Positions 23,861 to 37,145 are shown, counted from the first letter of the stretch. The stretch is 64,000 nucleotides of DNA from Camelus dromedarius (GCF_036321535.1 NC_087437.1:106704001-106768000), one strand, 5' to 3'. Numbers and translations are program-made. Notes: generated by a model from the sequence alone, not told the origin.

Positions 23861-26800
23861 CCCACAGAACTGCCATATCATCTGGTCCCTAGAGGACAGG
23901 GCAGTAATATTATAGTATTCTTACCTTGAGAATCCTTAGAATATAAAACCATTGTGAAAATGAAGGCCAATATATTACGTGGTGTATGTGTTTGTATATG
24001 CACATATCCCATAATTTTTGCTCAGAGCAACTCCAGAATTTGGTTAAGGACTTTTTGATGGTTCCATAATGGGAAAAAGATCCCGTCACACATTAGGACA
24101 TTCTAACACTTTGCTGTTTACTTTTAGGCTTCACTTTGATCTCTTTGCACATAGATGAGTGTACAAGAAGCATGAGGCAACCATCATGTGTTGAATGCCA
24201 CCTCTGAGAAAGGTCACAAGATTATAGTCTTATGATTTTAATAAGCACACTCTAAGCTAGCAACATTTTCCTTTCATTATGATCTCTTTGTAAAGTGGAT
24301 CTTTCTTTGCACAATATTGCATCTTTTTGAGCTTAAGAACTATTGTACACCAGTAGTCAAAATTATTATTTTATTCTTTCATGCCTTATTTCTTTCCCAC
24401 TCTTCTTCAAATGTTGTCTTCTGTAAAACTGGTCTGAAAAGAAGGTTAGGCAAATCAAATTGTTGAGTGTTGTAATATTCTGAAAATTGAAACTAACTTT
24501 GCTGGTTATAGAATGTACAAAAGGTATTTCCCATTATAGAAGTATGATTTTCTTATTCTGCAGTAAAAAAACCTGAAATATTTTCAATTTTGTATTCTTC
24601 AAATAACTTGAAAATTCTACTCTTTTAATACATGATGTGAAATGTCTTAAGGAAGGATTAAAACTTTGGATAGGTAAATGTTTCGGGGAAAGTGTGCTCA
24701 CAAAAGGTAGATATTCTTCAATCATTCCTTGTAGAATTCCTGTTCCTTTCTAGATATTGACAAACAAAAAAATGATAGCTAGCTCCTTTGTAGCATTTAT
24801 ATTGCTTTGACGTTTTATTTTCTTTTTGAATAAAGATTAAGATTTCTGAGACAGAATTTTTTCCATCATCTGAACTTTAGTGTGTGTTTTATACCTATTC
24901 TTCTAACTCTCTCTTAAACTATTTTATTGTATTATTTGTTGGAATTTTAAAGAGTTGCTTTAGTTTAAAGACATACAATGTCATGGTAGGAGAGTTTTGA
25001 GAGATTGTTTGAGTTATGCAGCTTATTATTTTAATAGACATTTAGGAAAAGAAATCTTGGTACACATTCATATGTACACAAAATAGGAGTTCTAATATTT
25101 TATGTGTTCAGTAAATATAATAATGCTGGAAAATGGATAACAATGGTAGTCCCAGTTAGAGTGACCTTCCATCATAACTACACTGGCTGCAAGGACAGTC
25201 TGTTTGCATGGCCTCAAAGAACCTCTCTTACCTACCACACCACTGCTAAACCCTGAGCCCCAGTGTTTTCCTCAGTGTCATTATAATCCAGTGAAGTCAA
25301 AGATGAAGTTATAACCATAAAAAAAATCACGCCTATATATATATTGATAGATCTGACTACAATAAAAATAGCTGGATTCTATGTAATTTTCCATTTGTAC
25401 CAAAGAGACAAAGGTGGAAAGTAATGATAGGTGACTGAGAGAGACAGCTTATCTGGTCTACAGTTCTGTTTTAATATAAATCGTAGGTTGCTAATAATAG
25501 ACACATCATTTCTTAGTGTAGATTTATCCTCTTTCTAATGTTTTCATCAGGGCTTTCAGCAAACATGCTCTTCTTCACTTGATTTCCCAGGATACTCTGG
25601 TTCAGTGGCTTCCTCACATAATATGAATTATTTAAATTAGTAAGAATTATTAAGGAGTAAGCCACCTTGATATTTTCCCTTAGTTCTCAGAATAATACAC
25701 ATAATGTCCCCCTGTTTTAAAGAGAAGATGGAAGATGTGGTTATTCAATTGAACAGCTCACCCAGATAATGTTACAGGAGAGTCAGTCAATAAGGTTTTA
25801 AAAAAAATACATAGGAGTACAAATTCTATCATTTCCATTGACCGGTTTTAAATCACCAATTATTAACTGAAAGTATTTTAATTCTCCCTCTCTCTTTCTC
25901 TCTCTAATAACTTGTTTTCTGGCAGTGGTTGGAAAAATCAGAACAAAGTAGAATCATATACATGCAGATTTAAACAATGAACAAAGTTGAGGCAACCTTT
26001 GCATGCTTACGTAGGTCAGAGTATGCTAACATTATGCTCTATACTAGAAACACAAAAATGACTAAGGAAAGATTTCTGTTCCAGAGGAGTTGGGGAGGTG
26101 GGGATATGGGAAGACAGATATATAAGCAATTAATTTGATAACTGTAGATGTATCAAGTTGCGTGGAAACACAGAGGAATTAATTGTTTATCCAGGCTGGA
26201 TAGCTGGGAAGGAGAAAGAAGAAGCATCATACTGAAAAGCACAGAAGTCTGCATGTTTTATATTGTTGATCTGAGGATGGCAAATCATCCAGTGTGCCTG
26301 CCTGCAAAATAGCGTGTGGAAAAGAGAGATGGATGAAGACCCAAGTGATGAACTGTGAAGACCCTGGAGGCCAGGCTCAGGGGTCCTTGCTTTATGGAAA
26401 GGATAAGACGTAAAAAGAAAAGTGGTCAAGAAAATTTATCACTGAAGCTCTCTCTCACTGGTGAGTAGACTTATAAATTGGTTTTGATAAAAATACTGAA
26501 TTTGATTAACAAAAATACATTAGTCAAAAATATCTACTTGATATGAAATATTTACTGACAAATGTTTACATTAAATCTTGTTTTATACTGGACTACATGG
26601 CTTTTCATTATTTACCCCCAACCCCTGCAGAATAATTTACTTTCTACTTTCAAGAAGATAAAGGTTTATTTAAAAAATACTAACAAATTTACTTTTCCTG
26701 ACTGACCAGTTTTGTGACATTTGCACATGAAAAGTGAAATGAAATAAAATGTTTGGCCACAACAAAATATTTTTTCCACATTTAGCTTTTGATAGGAAAT

Positions 26801-27379
26801 TGACATGGATTATTCAACAATTATATACAAAGTTGAGGCAGCAAGATATTCATGGGGAAAAAAGTCTCTTTATCAAGAAATGTTAAGCTCTTAAGGGAAA
26901 TGAACTAATGTTCCAAAACCATAACTTCGTCCTAAAGAGAATTTGAAGAATGTCAATTTTTCCATAATGAAGTTATCCATAATTTTAACTACTTCATTAA
27001 AAGATTTCCCATGATTAGGAAACATGAGAGAATTTAGAACAAGATAAACTGTGAAGTTTCCAGAAAGAAAAAAAAAAAAAGTGCTTTCCTAGATATTTGA
27101 AAACTCTTGTGTGCACAGGCCAAGCTTTAGAGGGAAATTTATTCAAATACTTAAAGTGGTAAGTAATCCTCCCATGAAAATATGTTTCATTCCAAAAAAC
27201 ATCACTGTTCTTGTGGCAGTTTGGAACAAGATTAAGTACATTTTAATTTAAGACAGAAATATTTTGATTGAACAACCAAATCCTCTCTCCTTTAAAAAAA
27301 AAAAAAAGATGGTGGGAGGGAGAAGAAAAATGTTCAATATATCAGAACAAAGTAAAGTCAAAGACCACAAAGATTTATG

Positions 27380-27559
27380 TATAAAAGGAAAATCTTCAGC
27401 ATTCTTTTTGCAGCTGTAAGGAGCGCTAATATGAATTTGGACCTTTGCCAATGTGCTTGCCATCGGCAGTGGTGCTCTGTGTTTAGACATGTGTGCCGAT
27501 GGGTAGGATTCATTGACTGTTACATCAAGGGTCACACCTCACGCACCCAGCAAGTAAGT
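27380..27559 (+). promoter_or_regulatory. Candidate TATA promoter and first (or internal) exon
   Basis: TATAAAAG at 27380-27387; tttttgCAG at 27405-27413; CAA|GTAAGT donor at 27554; six CpGs in about 155 bp; no repeat recognised. Confidence 0.3.
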
Positions 27560-27714
27560 GCAAGCCTCGCACGGAAATAAAACACAATCACACTCAGAAA
27601 CTACTTCCTAGGTATCTGGTCTGTCTTAGTTTGTGTCCTGGGCAGAAAGCTTCACTACAGAACTCCACTGTCAACCCAGACCTGGTAACCTTCCTTTCAA
27701 CAACAATTTGGTGC

Positions 27715-28250
27715 CTTCTGTGCTTTGGGTGTTGAGGAAAAAGCTGTAAACAGCACACACAAGGCTCCTTCCCTCAGATAATTTATAAGAGACATTAATG
27801 AAATTGTACAGAAAGAAATAAGGTAATTACAGATTGTGACTATTGCTATGAAGAAAATCAACAAAGTGATGATTAAGAAAGTAATCAGGGCAGAGGCTGC
27901 TTTAGAGAAAGTAGTGAGGAGTCAGTAAAAAGTTACAGCTGAGTCAAAGACCTAAGGATGAGACTGTGCTAGACATCTAAAAAGCCCTTAGGAGAAGAAT
28001 TCCAGGGCAAGGGCAAAGCCCCTGAAGGGGAAAGGACCTTTCATTTATTCAGTATATATTATGAGCATTTTCTAAATGCCAAGCTCAATGTCAAATGTAA
28101 AATTCATGTCCTTGACCTAACAAGGCATTTTGGAGAAGTAGAGGAGACACATGTATACATTCTATTACTTAGGTTTAAGTGAGTCATTGGTGAGTTAAGA
28201 GGGTGACAGTTGGACTGAGAGGTACAGGAAAATGATACATTTTATCTGGA
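27715..28250 (-). mobile_element. L2 fragments
   Basis: gtgctttgggtgttgagg...attgctatgaagaaaa...gctgagtcaaagacctaaggatgag; catttattcagtatatattatgagcattttct. Confidence 0.55.
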
Positions 28251-28300
28251 TTAAGGGGAGAGAGGAAAGGCAGCCAACTAGGAAAGAGTTAAAAATATTT

Positions 28301-28819
28301 ACAGCCTAAATGTCCATCAACAGATGACTGGATAAAGAAGATGTAGTATATTTCTACAATGGAATACTATTCAGCCATAAAACGACAACATAACACCATG
28401 TGCAGCAACATGGATGTCCCTGAAGAATGTCATTCTAAGTGAGGTAAGCCAGAAAGAGAAAGAAAAATACCATATGAGATCGCTCATATGTGGAATCTAA
28501 AAAAAAAAAAAAACATAAATGCAAAACAGAAACAGATTCATAGACATAGAATACAAACTTGTGGTTGCCAAGGGGGAGGTGGGTGGGAAGGGACAGACTG
28601 GGATTTCGAAATCTGTAGATACTGACAGGCATATGTAGAATAGATAAACAAGATTATACTGCATAGCACAGGGAAGTGTATACAAGATCTTGTGGTAGCT
28701 CACAGCAAAAAAAAATGTGACAATGAGTATATGTATGTTCATGTATAGCTGAAAAATTGTGCTCTGCACTGGAAATTGACACAACACTATAAAATGACTG
28801 TAACTCAAAAAAAAAAAAA
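28301..28819 (+). mobile_element. Young 5'-truncated L1 with poly(A)
   Basis: acagcctaaatgtccatcaacagatgactggataaagaag...; full 3'UTR ending taactcaaaaaaaaaaaaa. Confidence 0.9.
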
Positions 28820-31344
28820 TTGGCGTGCTACCAGCTGGTGCTGTTTGTTTGAACCAGCCAAGCAGTAGGCAGGTTGAGTAATTGTTTTCTGTAGCTTCGT
28901 TAAGACCACAAAGAAACAACATAATGACCAGTCATATATTTAAACTGTCTGACGATATCCATGACAACAGGTACAGCTTGCCCCGAGTTCACCATTTCGG
29001 AGAGACTTTTGCTCAGATACATTTTGGTAGAACTGACAGTCAAGGAAGACCTAAGCAAAATAGCACATAGCAAAGAAACTCATGACTTGATAGGAAACGC
29101 CTGGCCCAGTCAGGACACATTATTTGGCCATGTTCTGCGACTATGGGATGGCATTGATGTCACTTATGTTTCAACTTAGCTTCTGTAGCTCTCTGTCGTT
29201 TGAGATAGCTTGAACTTGAATCAGATGAAATTGTCTAGACTCCCCTTCCCAATGGTGGCTGAAGACAAGGAGACTGACTAGCACATAAGGCTCCTAGGGA
29301 GAAGCATGACTAACATTTTCCCCTATCTTTTTTTGTCTCAGAGACCGATTTTGCTGAAGAAATTCAGAAAATGGCTAATTTTATCATTTAGAGAATTCTG
29401 ATCCTTCTCCTCATCTAGCTTTTCCCAGTGAGAACCCTTAAGCACACAGGCATTTGTGTGAGTCACCAACTTTACTGAAGACACAGGTAATGGAAAGGGA
29501 GGTTACACCTCAGCTTTTTACAGCTGATTATCTGTGGAGTTGAATATTCAACTTTCTGTTTCTGTGGAGTCTCTCGGGCATTTCCATCAACTCAGATTCT
29601 AAGCTTTTGCACCATTTCTTGTCTCTGTTCTCTTCGTCCTTTTCTACTGCTCCCACTAACTCCAACAAAATGCTGCAAAAATGCTTGCCAACGTTACTGT
29701 CAGTCAGGCTTGGCACTACCAGGGCGGGTGATTGCTGGGATGATGTGACTCAAAAGGCTTGCCTGCCCCAGAGTATTTCTGTTACCGCTCAGACAAGAGC
29801 ATTTGCAGTCCTCACCATTTCAGCATTCTTTTTTCTTACTCATGACCTCTGCAAGGGCTTTGTTAATCTGAGTCTGTTGCCTGAAAGAAGAAAACCCCAT
29901 AACCAATTTTCATGCCTCATCAGCCATTACATTTTTTATTTTAAAGAGCAATGTAGTTCTCCAAATTGGTTGAAGACTGAGGACAGACAAGGAGAGGAGT
30001 GGGAGGGTCACACAGCTCGAGCTACTTCTAGGAAGGCAGTACGATCTATTTTGAGTTAACCTGGAAAGCTGGGATGAGAGTGAGAGTGTATTCAGATACT
30101 GGGCAGGGGGCTTTGCAGCAGAGAGTAGAAGGAGGAATTCCAAAGAAGGTTAGATTTTTGCACATGTGTGTGTTATGCACAGTGCAGAAGACAAAAATTT
30201 GCTGGCTTTCCAATTTTGCTTAAGGCTGGCTCTTCTTATTCTGTAACTCTGACTGATTCAGTGACCCCACCTGACCTTGGAGGTATTTTGCAGACAGACT
30301 GCCCTGTGATCTTGCCAAAGTGAAGAAGCTTGGTTAACTCTATGCTGTAGCTAGAGGCAGGAATCTGTGCTAAATGTGAAGTCTGCTGCCTTGCTGTTCA
30401 TTTGCCCTTATGAATTTTCATAATCACTGTAATCTATAGTTTTTCTCCCCAAAAGGACTCAGTTGATCACTCTACCTCCTTGATATTGATTTACTTAAAA
30501 TTCTAGTTTTAGAAGAGAAGGTTAGTCCTTAGTCTTCCCCAAAACAGAAAAAAAAAAAAAACCAGTTAATAAAAAATGTAAGGAGTTCAAATGATAGGAA
30601 TACACGTTATTTGGTATCTTATTTATCTTCAGAACATTTAGCAATCCTCTTTCTTTAAACAAAGAATCATTAAGATGTAATTTATGTCTAAATTTCTGAT
30701 ACTGCTTTTAGGATTTTAAAGTTATGGTAATTCTGTCTTGATTTTCCCATTAGGGTGTAAATTTGGGGAAAGCTAGTACTGAATTTTTTTATTTATTTAA
30801 AGAAAAACAATCATTTCTGAATTTATGTCTAAAAATTTAAAGCATACTGAAAAGTAAAAAAAAAATAACAAAATAAAAAAATGCCTTGAATTAACTACTA
30901 CTACTCAGGTAACTATGCTGCTAACTACTCAGAATTATCCAGAATTATTAATGTATTGTTCTACTTCCTTCTAGTGCTTTTTCTATTCAGTCATATTAGT
31001 GCATATAAAACTATACATACGACTATACTTGTCCATGGTATATGCATATATGTTTATGCCTAAACCAATTTGTCATATGCTGCATAAATAGTTTTAAATG
31101 ATGCTTTGTCACCTAACAATTTGTCATTGATAATGTTCAAAACCACGAATTTTGAGGCATCCAGGGGATAAGAACATTGGATGCACCATATTTTATTTCA
31201 CCATCCTATGTTTTGTGGCATTCCAGTTGTTTCCAGTTATTTGTTCTTAAAAATAAGGCTACAGAGGATATTTTTGCACAAAAATTTTCTACTCACTTTT
31301 GAAGAAATTACTGCACCAGAGGTCATGAACAACTATTTTTTTGT

Positions 31345-31828
31345 CCTTTTATTGAAATATAGTTGATGTACAATATTGAATGTTACATGTGTACAATATA
31401 GTGGTTCACAATGTTTAAAGGTTATACTCCATTTATAGTTTTATAAAATATTGGCTATGTTCCCATATATATATATATATATACATATATATGTATACAC
31501 ACACACACACACACACACATATATATCCTTGTAGCTTATTTTATTCCTAATAGTTTGTACCTCTTAATCCCCTACCCCTACATGGCCCCTGCCCCCTTCC
31601 CTCTTCCCACTGGTGAACACTAATTTGTTCTCTTTATATCTGTGAATCTGCTTCTTTTTTGTTATATTCACTAGTCTGTTGTATTTTTAAGATTCTGCAT
31701 ATAAGTGATATCATACTGTATTTGCCCTTTTCTGTCTGACTGACTTCACTTAGCATAATGCCCTCCAAGTCCATCCATGTTGCTGCACATGGCAAAATTT
31801 CATTTTTTTTATGGCTGAGTAGTGTTCC
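31345..31828 (-). mobile_element. L1 3' fragment with internal (TA)n(CA)n, within older L1M sequence (about 30790-32050)
   Basis: Peptide NEILPCAATWMDLEGIMLSEVSQTEKGKYSMISLIC; 3' tip ttttattgaaatatagttgatgtacaat. Confidence 0.88.
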
Positions 31829-32299
31829 GTATGAATGAATATTTTTAAATGATGTTCGGTGCATGCTTTCAAATTGCCCTCCAGAAGGGATGTATCAGTT
31901 TCTCCCTTTATAGTACTAGGGTGCCATCTCATTGTATTCTCGTTGACACTGGGGAATAGAGTGCTAAGAACATCTTCATCAATTTGCTGGGCAAAACTGT
32001 CTCTGATTGTTTTAATGATTTGTATCTTTTTATCCCTGATTGCCACATCGGGAGCTCCATCAGATATATTTTTTCCTTTCCTTTTTCCAAGCCTCGAAAA
32101 CTAATGAGAATAGTTGCCTCATGAGGAAATTGGGATATACACGTATGTATGAGCATGCTATATACATATTAGTAATTATTATTGTTTTTAAGCCATATGG
32201 CAAGAGTGAGAAATCATCATTAAGCGAAAGTCAGTGGTAAATAACATGCCCCATGCTTGTTTTCCTCATCGGAAACAGAGGCCCTGGATGCCTGTGTTC

Positions 32300-32777
32300 A
32301 TTTACTCAGCTCTCTTCTGATTTTAACCACGGCTGTGGTGGACAGACCATGGAAGCTCAGACTTTTCTGTTCCTGCCCCGATCTTGCTGCAAGCACCTGC
32401 ATCTGTCTCTTTGCCATCTTCCCCAGAGCCTTCTTCAGTGCACGGGTCCCCCAGCTGGCTCACGTTGGGAAACTCAAGGTTCCAGGAGCAGAGGAGGGCT
32501 TCATGTCCAGTGGGAGACGGCAGCAGGTGGAAAAATGTTCCAGTCTCTTACCTTTTAGGTAATCAGTTCTGGGGGGCGTTTCATGAGCGCATCCCAGAGG
32601 TCATGGCAGAATCCCACTCTCGCTGCCTATAGAAGAGACCTCAGTAAGCACCATCTACCTGATGGTTTTCCTCACTTTTGTTTCTTCATTTCTGCTTCCT
32701 AAGTTCTGCTTCCAAATAAACTAACTGTGACCAGTCCTTATCCTAGGCTGTCCTCTTAGGGGAACCCTGACTAAGGC
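32300..32777 (+). mobile_element. ERVL LTR (LTR33-like)
   Basis: 3' end ccaaataaactaactgtgaccagtccttatcctaggctgtcctcttaggggaaccctgactaaggca. Confidence 0.55.
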
Positions 32778-32859
32778 ATCATCTCTTTCCCTTCTTCCCG
32801 AGTAATGCTGGGCTTTCCCGCTTCCACAGTAGAACCTTCCGTTAACTAACCCAGCCGCC

Positions 32860-33270
32860 CTGTACTCAGTGCGACCACATGCCAGGCAGCACTGTGTGAG
32901 GGCTGGAGATACAGACTCAGATTCCACCATCGTGGAGCTACGTTCCATGGGGTGGGCAGCAAAGGAACACAACAGATGAGTCGTCTTCATAACTTCCAAG
33001 GAGAAAAAAGCAAGAGAGATGGGAAATGTCCAGGGGAAGGGGTGGGCTGTCATTTTAGATAGTGTTCCCAGGGGAGACCTTATTGAGGAGGTCTCATCTG
33101 AGTAAAGATTGGAAGAAGGTGAGGAAGTAAGCCACATCTGCAGGAAAAATATTCCATCCACATGGACCCAAGTAAGCCACATCTGCAGGAAAAATATTCC
33201 ATCCACATGGACCCTAAGATGGGGGCATGCCTGGAGCGTGGAGGATTTTTGTGAGGCCAGTGTGGCTGAA
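32860..33270 (-). mobile_element. L2 fragment
   Basis: catgccaggcagcactgtgtgagggctggagataca...gaggaggtctcatctgagtaaaga...gaggccagtgtggctg. Confidence 0.65.
33125..33214. repeat. Perfect 45-bp tandem duplication
   Basis: aagtaagccacatctgcaggaaaaatattccatccacatggaccc twice (33125-33169, 33170-33214). Confidence 0.97.
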
Positions 33271-33323
33271 ACAAGTAAACTTCGCAGACTTAGCTAAAAT
33301 TTAGACTTCCTGCTCTAAGATAG

Positions 33324-34230
33324 TGTGGTAGGCAGAATAATATTCTCTTCTAAATGTCTGCATCTTAATCCTAAACCTGTGACTATGGAATAGTTCATGG
33401 CAAAAGGGAGTTTGCAGGTGTGATTAAATTAAGGATCTTGAAATAGGAAGATTATCTTGGATTGTTTGGGAGAACCCTAAATGTAATCACAGGTGTCCTT
33501 TTTTTTAAAAAACACCTTATTATGGTATGATTCCTGTACAGTACACTACACATGTTTCAGATGTACAATTTGATGAATTTTGATAGATGTGTACACCCAT
33601 GAAACTGCTACCACAATCATGGTAGCTAATATTTCCATCACTCCCCAAGAGGTGCAATTTTCGAATTCCCAATTTATCCCTTCCCACCTCCTTTACCCCC
33701 TGGTAACCATAAGTTAGTTCTCTATGTCTGTGAGTCTGTTTCTGTTTTGTAGATAAGTTCATTTGTGTCCTTTTTTTTTTAAGATTCCTCATATAAGTGA
33801 TTTCTTTTTCTTTCTGGTTTACTTCATTTAAAATGATGTTCTCCAGGTCCATCCATGTTGCTGCAAAGGGCATTATTTTATTATTTTTATGGCTGAGTAG
33901 TATTCCTTTGTGTATATATCTATACACCACATCTTCTTTATCCAGTCATCTGTCAGTGGACATTTGGGTTGTTTCCATGGTAGGAGTGTCAGGGTCAGAG
34001 AGAGATCTGGAGATCTTACATTGCTGCTTTCGAAGTTGGAGGAAGGGGCCATGAGCCGAGGAGGGCAACACCTCTAGGTTGGAAAAGACAAGGAAACAGT
34101 TCTCCCCTCAAGTTTCCAGGAGTGTAGCCCTGCCAACACCTTGACTTTAGCACCATAAAACCAGTTTTGAAATTCTGACCTCCAGAATTGTAAGAGAATA
34201 AAATTTGTGTGAAGTCATTAAGTTAGTGGG
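33324..34230 (+). mobile_element. MLT1D-like MaLR LTR split by L1
   Basis: tgtggtaggcagaataat...gtgattaaattaaggatcttga...ttctgacctccagaattgtaagagaataaa. Confidence 0.8.
33499..33979 (-). mobile_element. L1 3' sequence (composite of two subfamily types)
   Basis: Peptide KIMPFAATWMDLENIILNEVNQKEK; 33499-33650 resembles an older L1MB-type 3' tip. Confidence 0.85.
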
Positions 34231-34474
34231 AATTTGAGGACCTTTAAAAAGCGATATAGCTGATTAGTGCTGCCCTTAGATCCAGTCAAGAGGACCACTA
34301 CACGAGGCCATGTTCTTCAGAGAACTCCGCTCTGGAGGACCTCCCACCACAAGATGAAGGGTTCATGGGCCGAAGGGAATGTGCCCATCTGAGCCTGTGC
34401 CCTGCCTTTTTGGACCACAGCATCCTGGAATTACTGCTCATACAGCACTGAACTTAGTTCTGCTGTCTCTGCCA

Positions 34475-34902
34475 GAGCTCAAGTTGGGTTCCCCGGGAAG
34501 GAAGCAGACTCCCTCCAAAGGGTTTAGCAGGCAGCTTGTTTAGAAAGAAGTGGCCTTGAGGTGGAACCTTGGGGAAGCTCAGGAAAGGAAGCAGGACTGG
34601 ACAGAGGAAGAAATTGAGCTCTGTTGCAGGGCTAGCAAAAGCCTTAGCTGACTGCATGGGAGCCTTGCAGCTAGAACCGGGCCAGGCTGGGCAGGCCTGT
34701 ATACTCCCACATCAGTCCGCCGTTGAATGTGAGTCATCCCTGGAATGAGCATGACCTTGGTGGAGGCATATTTTTGTAGCTGAGTGATCCTGAAGAGGCT
34801 ATTAACTAAAAATGATTTATCTGCCTGCAGCAGTCCTGGAAGATGGGGAAAGGAGTCTTTCATTGAAGGGGGTCTTGGTGTCATGTCACAGGGCCCACTT
34901 CA
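34475..34902 (-). mobile_element. LTR16-type solo LTR
   Basis: gggttccccgggaaggaagcagact...gaagcaggactggacagaggaagaaattgagct...atgaccttgg; homologous to the other two copies. Confidence 0.7.
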
Positions 34903-36579
34903 GTAGACGCCTCCCCAGAGTCTGTCATCATAGGAGGAGGTAACTACACTGGCACACAAACCCCTGCTCCCAAGTGTGGCCAAGGGGAGGCTGATTGCAG
35001 GGTGTGGTGTATTGCGGATGCGTTTACATTCATGAACTGGGATTTCTGCATGCATGCTCATGAAGGCCTTTGACATGTGGGATGGAGCTGGGGTAGGAAG
35101 GAAAACGGAGCAGGCCTCAGGGCAACCAATGATTGGGGGCTGGCTCTTCCCAAGTGCCGTGTTCTGGCAAAGTACCCCATAGGGCTGGAAAATTATAAAT
35201 TTGAACCTGGCCTCCCAGGTTGTAATGCAGGAGTATTTGTCAAGGCAGAAGAATAGAACCTATTTGATTTAACAGTTTATTAACTTGATTTAAAATCTTT
35301 AAATAGATGGAACAGGGACCTCTGTTTGTACTCTTGCCCTGAGCCCTGCAAATGTGGTGGGGGGCTTTAGCTGACCACCTATCCCTATTGGATCATTTCC
35401 GGATACATTCAGCCGTGGAACTTCGCATGGCACAAGGGTCACTTTGGCGCACCTTGTGAACTGGCACACAAACTGAAATCCTTAAATTTAACTTTTTGTG
35501 TTATATTTTAGTTTACCTCTTTTAGGAAAAGATAATGGGGCATACAGAATTTCCCCTTGGGAATTACGGTCGTATTCATTTCACCTCTCCAAGTCAGTCA
35601 TCCTGTCCCCATTGCCTTTGTTCAGACCCACGTGCTTTGGAGTAGCTATTTTACTGAGTCGTTGTCCAGTGCCCTGCGGGCCGGTGGGAGCCGTGCTCGG
35701 AAGCAGTCATGTTGTCATGGTGAGACAGACCTCCCAGCTGCTGAGCTCCTTGAGGGTAATCCAGGAGCAGCCCTCACTAAGATGGAGAGACCTTCTTGGA
35801 GACATCTGTTTCTTGATGCGAACGGACCATTTCTCTACTCAGCTGGAGTCCAATCTAATATAAGTGATTTTAATAATGGGGAAAGGGAGCATATGTAACC
35901 CTCACACATTTGGATGATCTTTGCCAGGTCTTCAGCTCTGAGCAGAATAGCAGCTTAAGCCAAAGGTAACTGAAACTGACTTGGCCTAGAGGGCGCATCC
36001 GAAAGAGACCTGTTACTGCTACTGAGCTCTCTCGGGGTGACCTTTCCTGTCCTTACTTAATCTTGCAAGGCTGGCTTTTTTTTGAATCTGCGAGCTACCC
36101 AGAATCTTTCCAATAAGTTCTTTTGTTTACCTAAGGTGGCCAGAGATGCTTATAAGGAAAGAGCCTTAAGTGTCACACGGTTCTTTCCATTTGGAATGCC
36201 TTCCCCCCACCCAACTCTATTTCCAGCTTCACTCCCTACATCTAGCCCATTTTACTTTCTTGACTTGATGAGATGGTCTGCTTTTTACCCCTTAGAGCTG
36301 TTCCTTGCTGGTTGCTGGTTGGAAAATCAGAAATTGCTCTAATTTACCACAGTGAACTTTCAACATCAGAGCTATAGTTAGATTCTTCTCTCCTGGTATC
36401 TCTGCTAGCCCGATGTGATGATTAAATCTAGGAAACCAGAACTCACCATGCTCTATGCTGATGTAGATGGCTGTCTTTAACCTTTAGTAAACCCATAAAT
36501 TATGCAAAAAGCTAAAGAAAAATTAGAGCAATGTTAAATTGTTCGGTTTCAGGGTGGTGTATCAAAAATTGATTGTCAC

Positions 36580-37062
36580 AGTAATTCTCCCTAATAAACA
36601 GCAACAGTCCGACAAGTGGGATACGACAAGTGTTTATTCAGCTTCCAGGTCTGCAGGGTCAGCCAGTCAGGCTTGGCTTGGGCTCATCTCATGTGTTTAC
36701 TGTCAGCTGTAGGTTGAGAAGGGCTTTGCTGACCTTGGCTAGGCTCTCTTCCAAGTCTGGGTGGCTTCTGTGATGGCCTTGAGTAGCAAGACTGGGCAGC
36801 TCAAGTCTGGTCCTTTTGTCTCTCATTCTCCTCCTGATACAAGAGGGCTGATCGGGGCATGTCCTACTAATAGTAGTGGCAGAAGTAAGCTCAGTCATGC
36901 AAGGACCTTTCATGTCTTTGTCTGTGTCACACTCATCATAATCTTGTTGACCTAAGCAGGTCAAATGGCTAAGCACAGAATGGGAGATCACTTTGAGTTA
37001 CAAAGGTTGTAGACACAGGGAGGAATGACAAAATAGGGCCCTTATTACCTTTGAGCTACCAC
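36580..37062 (-). mobile_element. MLT1 LTR
   Basis: tgtttattcagcttccaggtctgcagg...cttgttgacctaagcaggtcaaatggctaagc...ctaccaca. Confidence 0.6.
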
Positions 37063-37113
37063 AAGGGTAGCTTTTTCTTTCCTTCCTGCTTTTCTGCATT
37101 TTATGATTTTTCT

Positions 37114-37145
37114 ACAAAACAAAACAAAACAAAACAAAACAAAAC
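37114..37145. repeat. (CAAAA)n microsatellite
   Basis: Directly visible. Confidence 0.95.

Noticed and set aside
14422..26733. Identical 17-mer acatttgcacatgaaaa at 14422-14438 and 26717-26733
   Set aside because: One such match in 64 kb of AT-rich DNA is within chance expectation; flanks are not homologous
29607..30059. 150-aa ORF and other 60-160 aa ORFs in unique DNA
   Set aside because: No recognisable domain, several use non-ATG starts, and no consistent exon chain
33125..33214. Direct repeats as a CRISPR-like array
   Set aside because: Two adjacent units with no spacers, in mammalian DNA
34260..35370. Possible hAT-Tip100 element around the third LTR16
   Set aside because: Only the right end (cttgccctgagccctgcaaatg) is suggestive; I cannot define the family or boundaries
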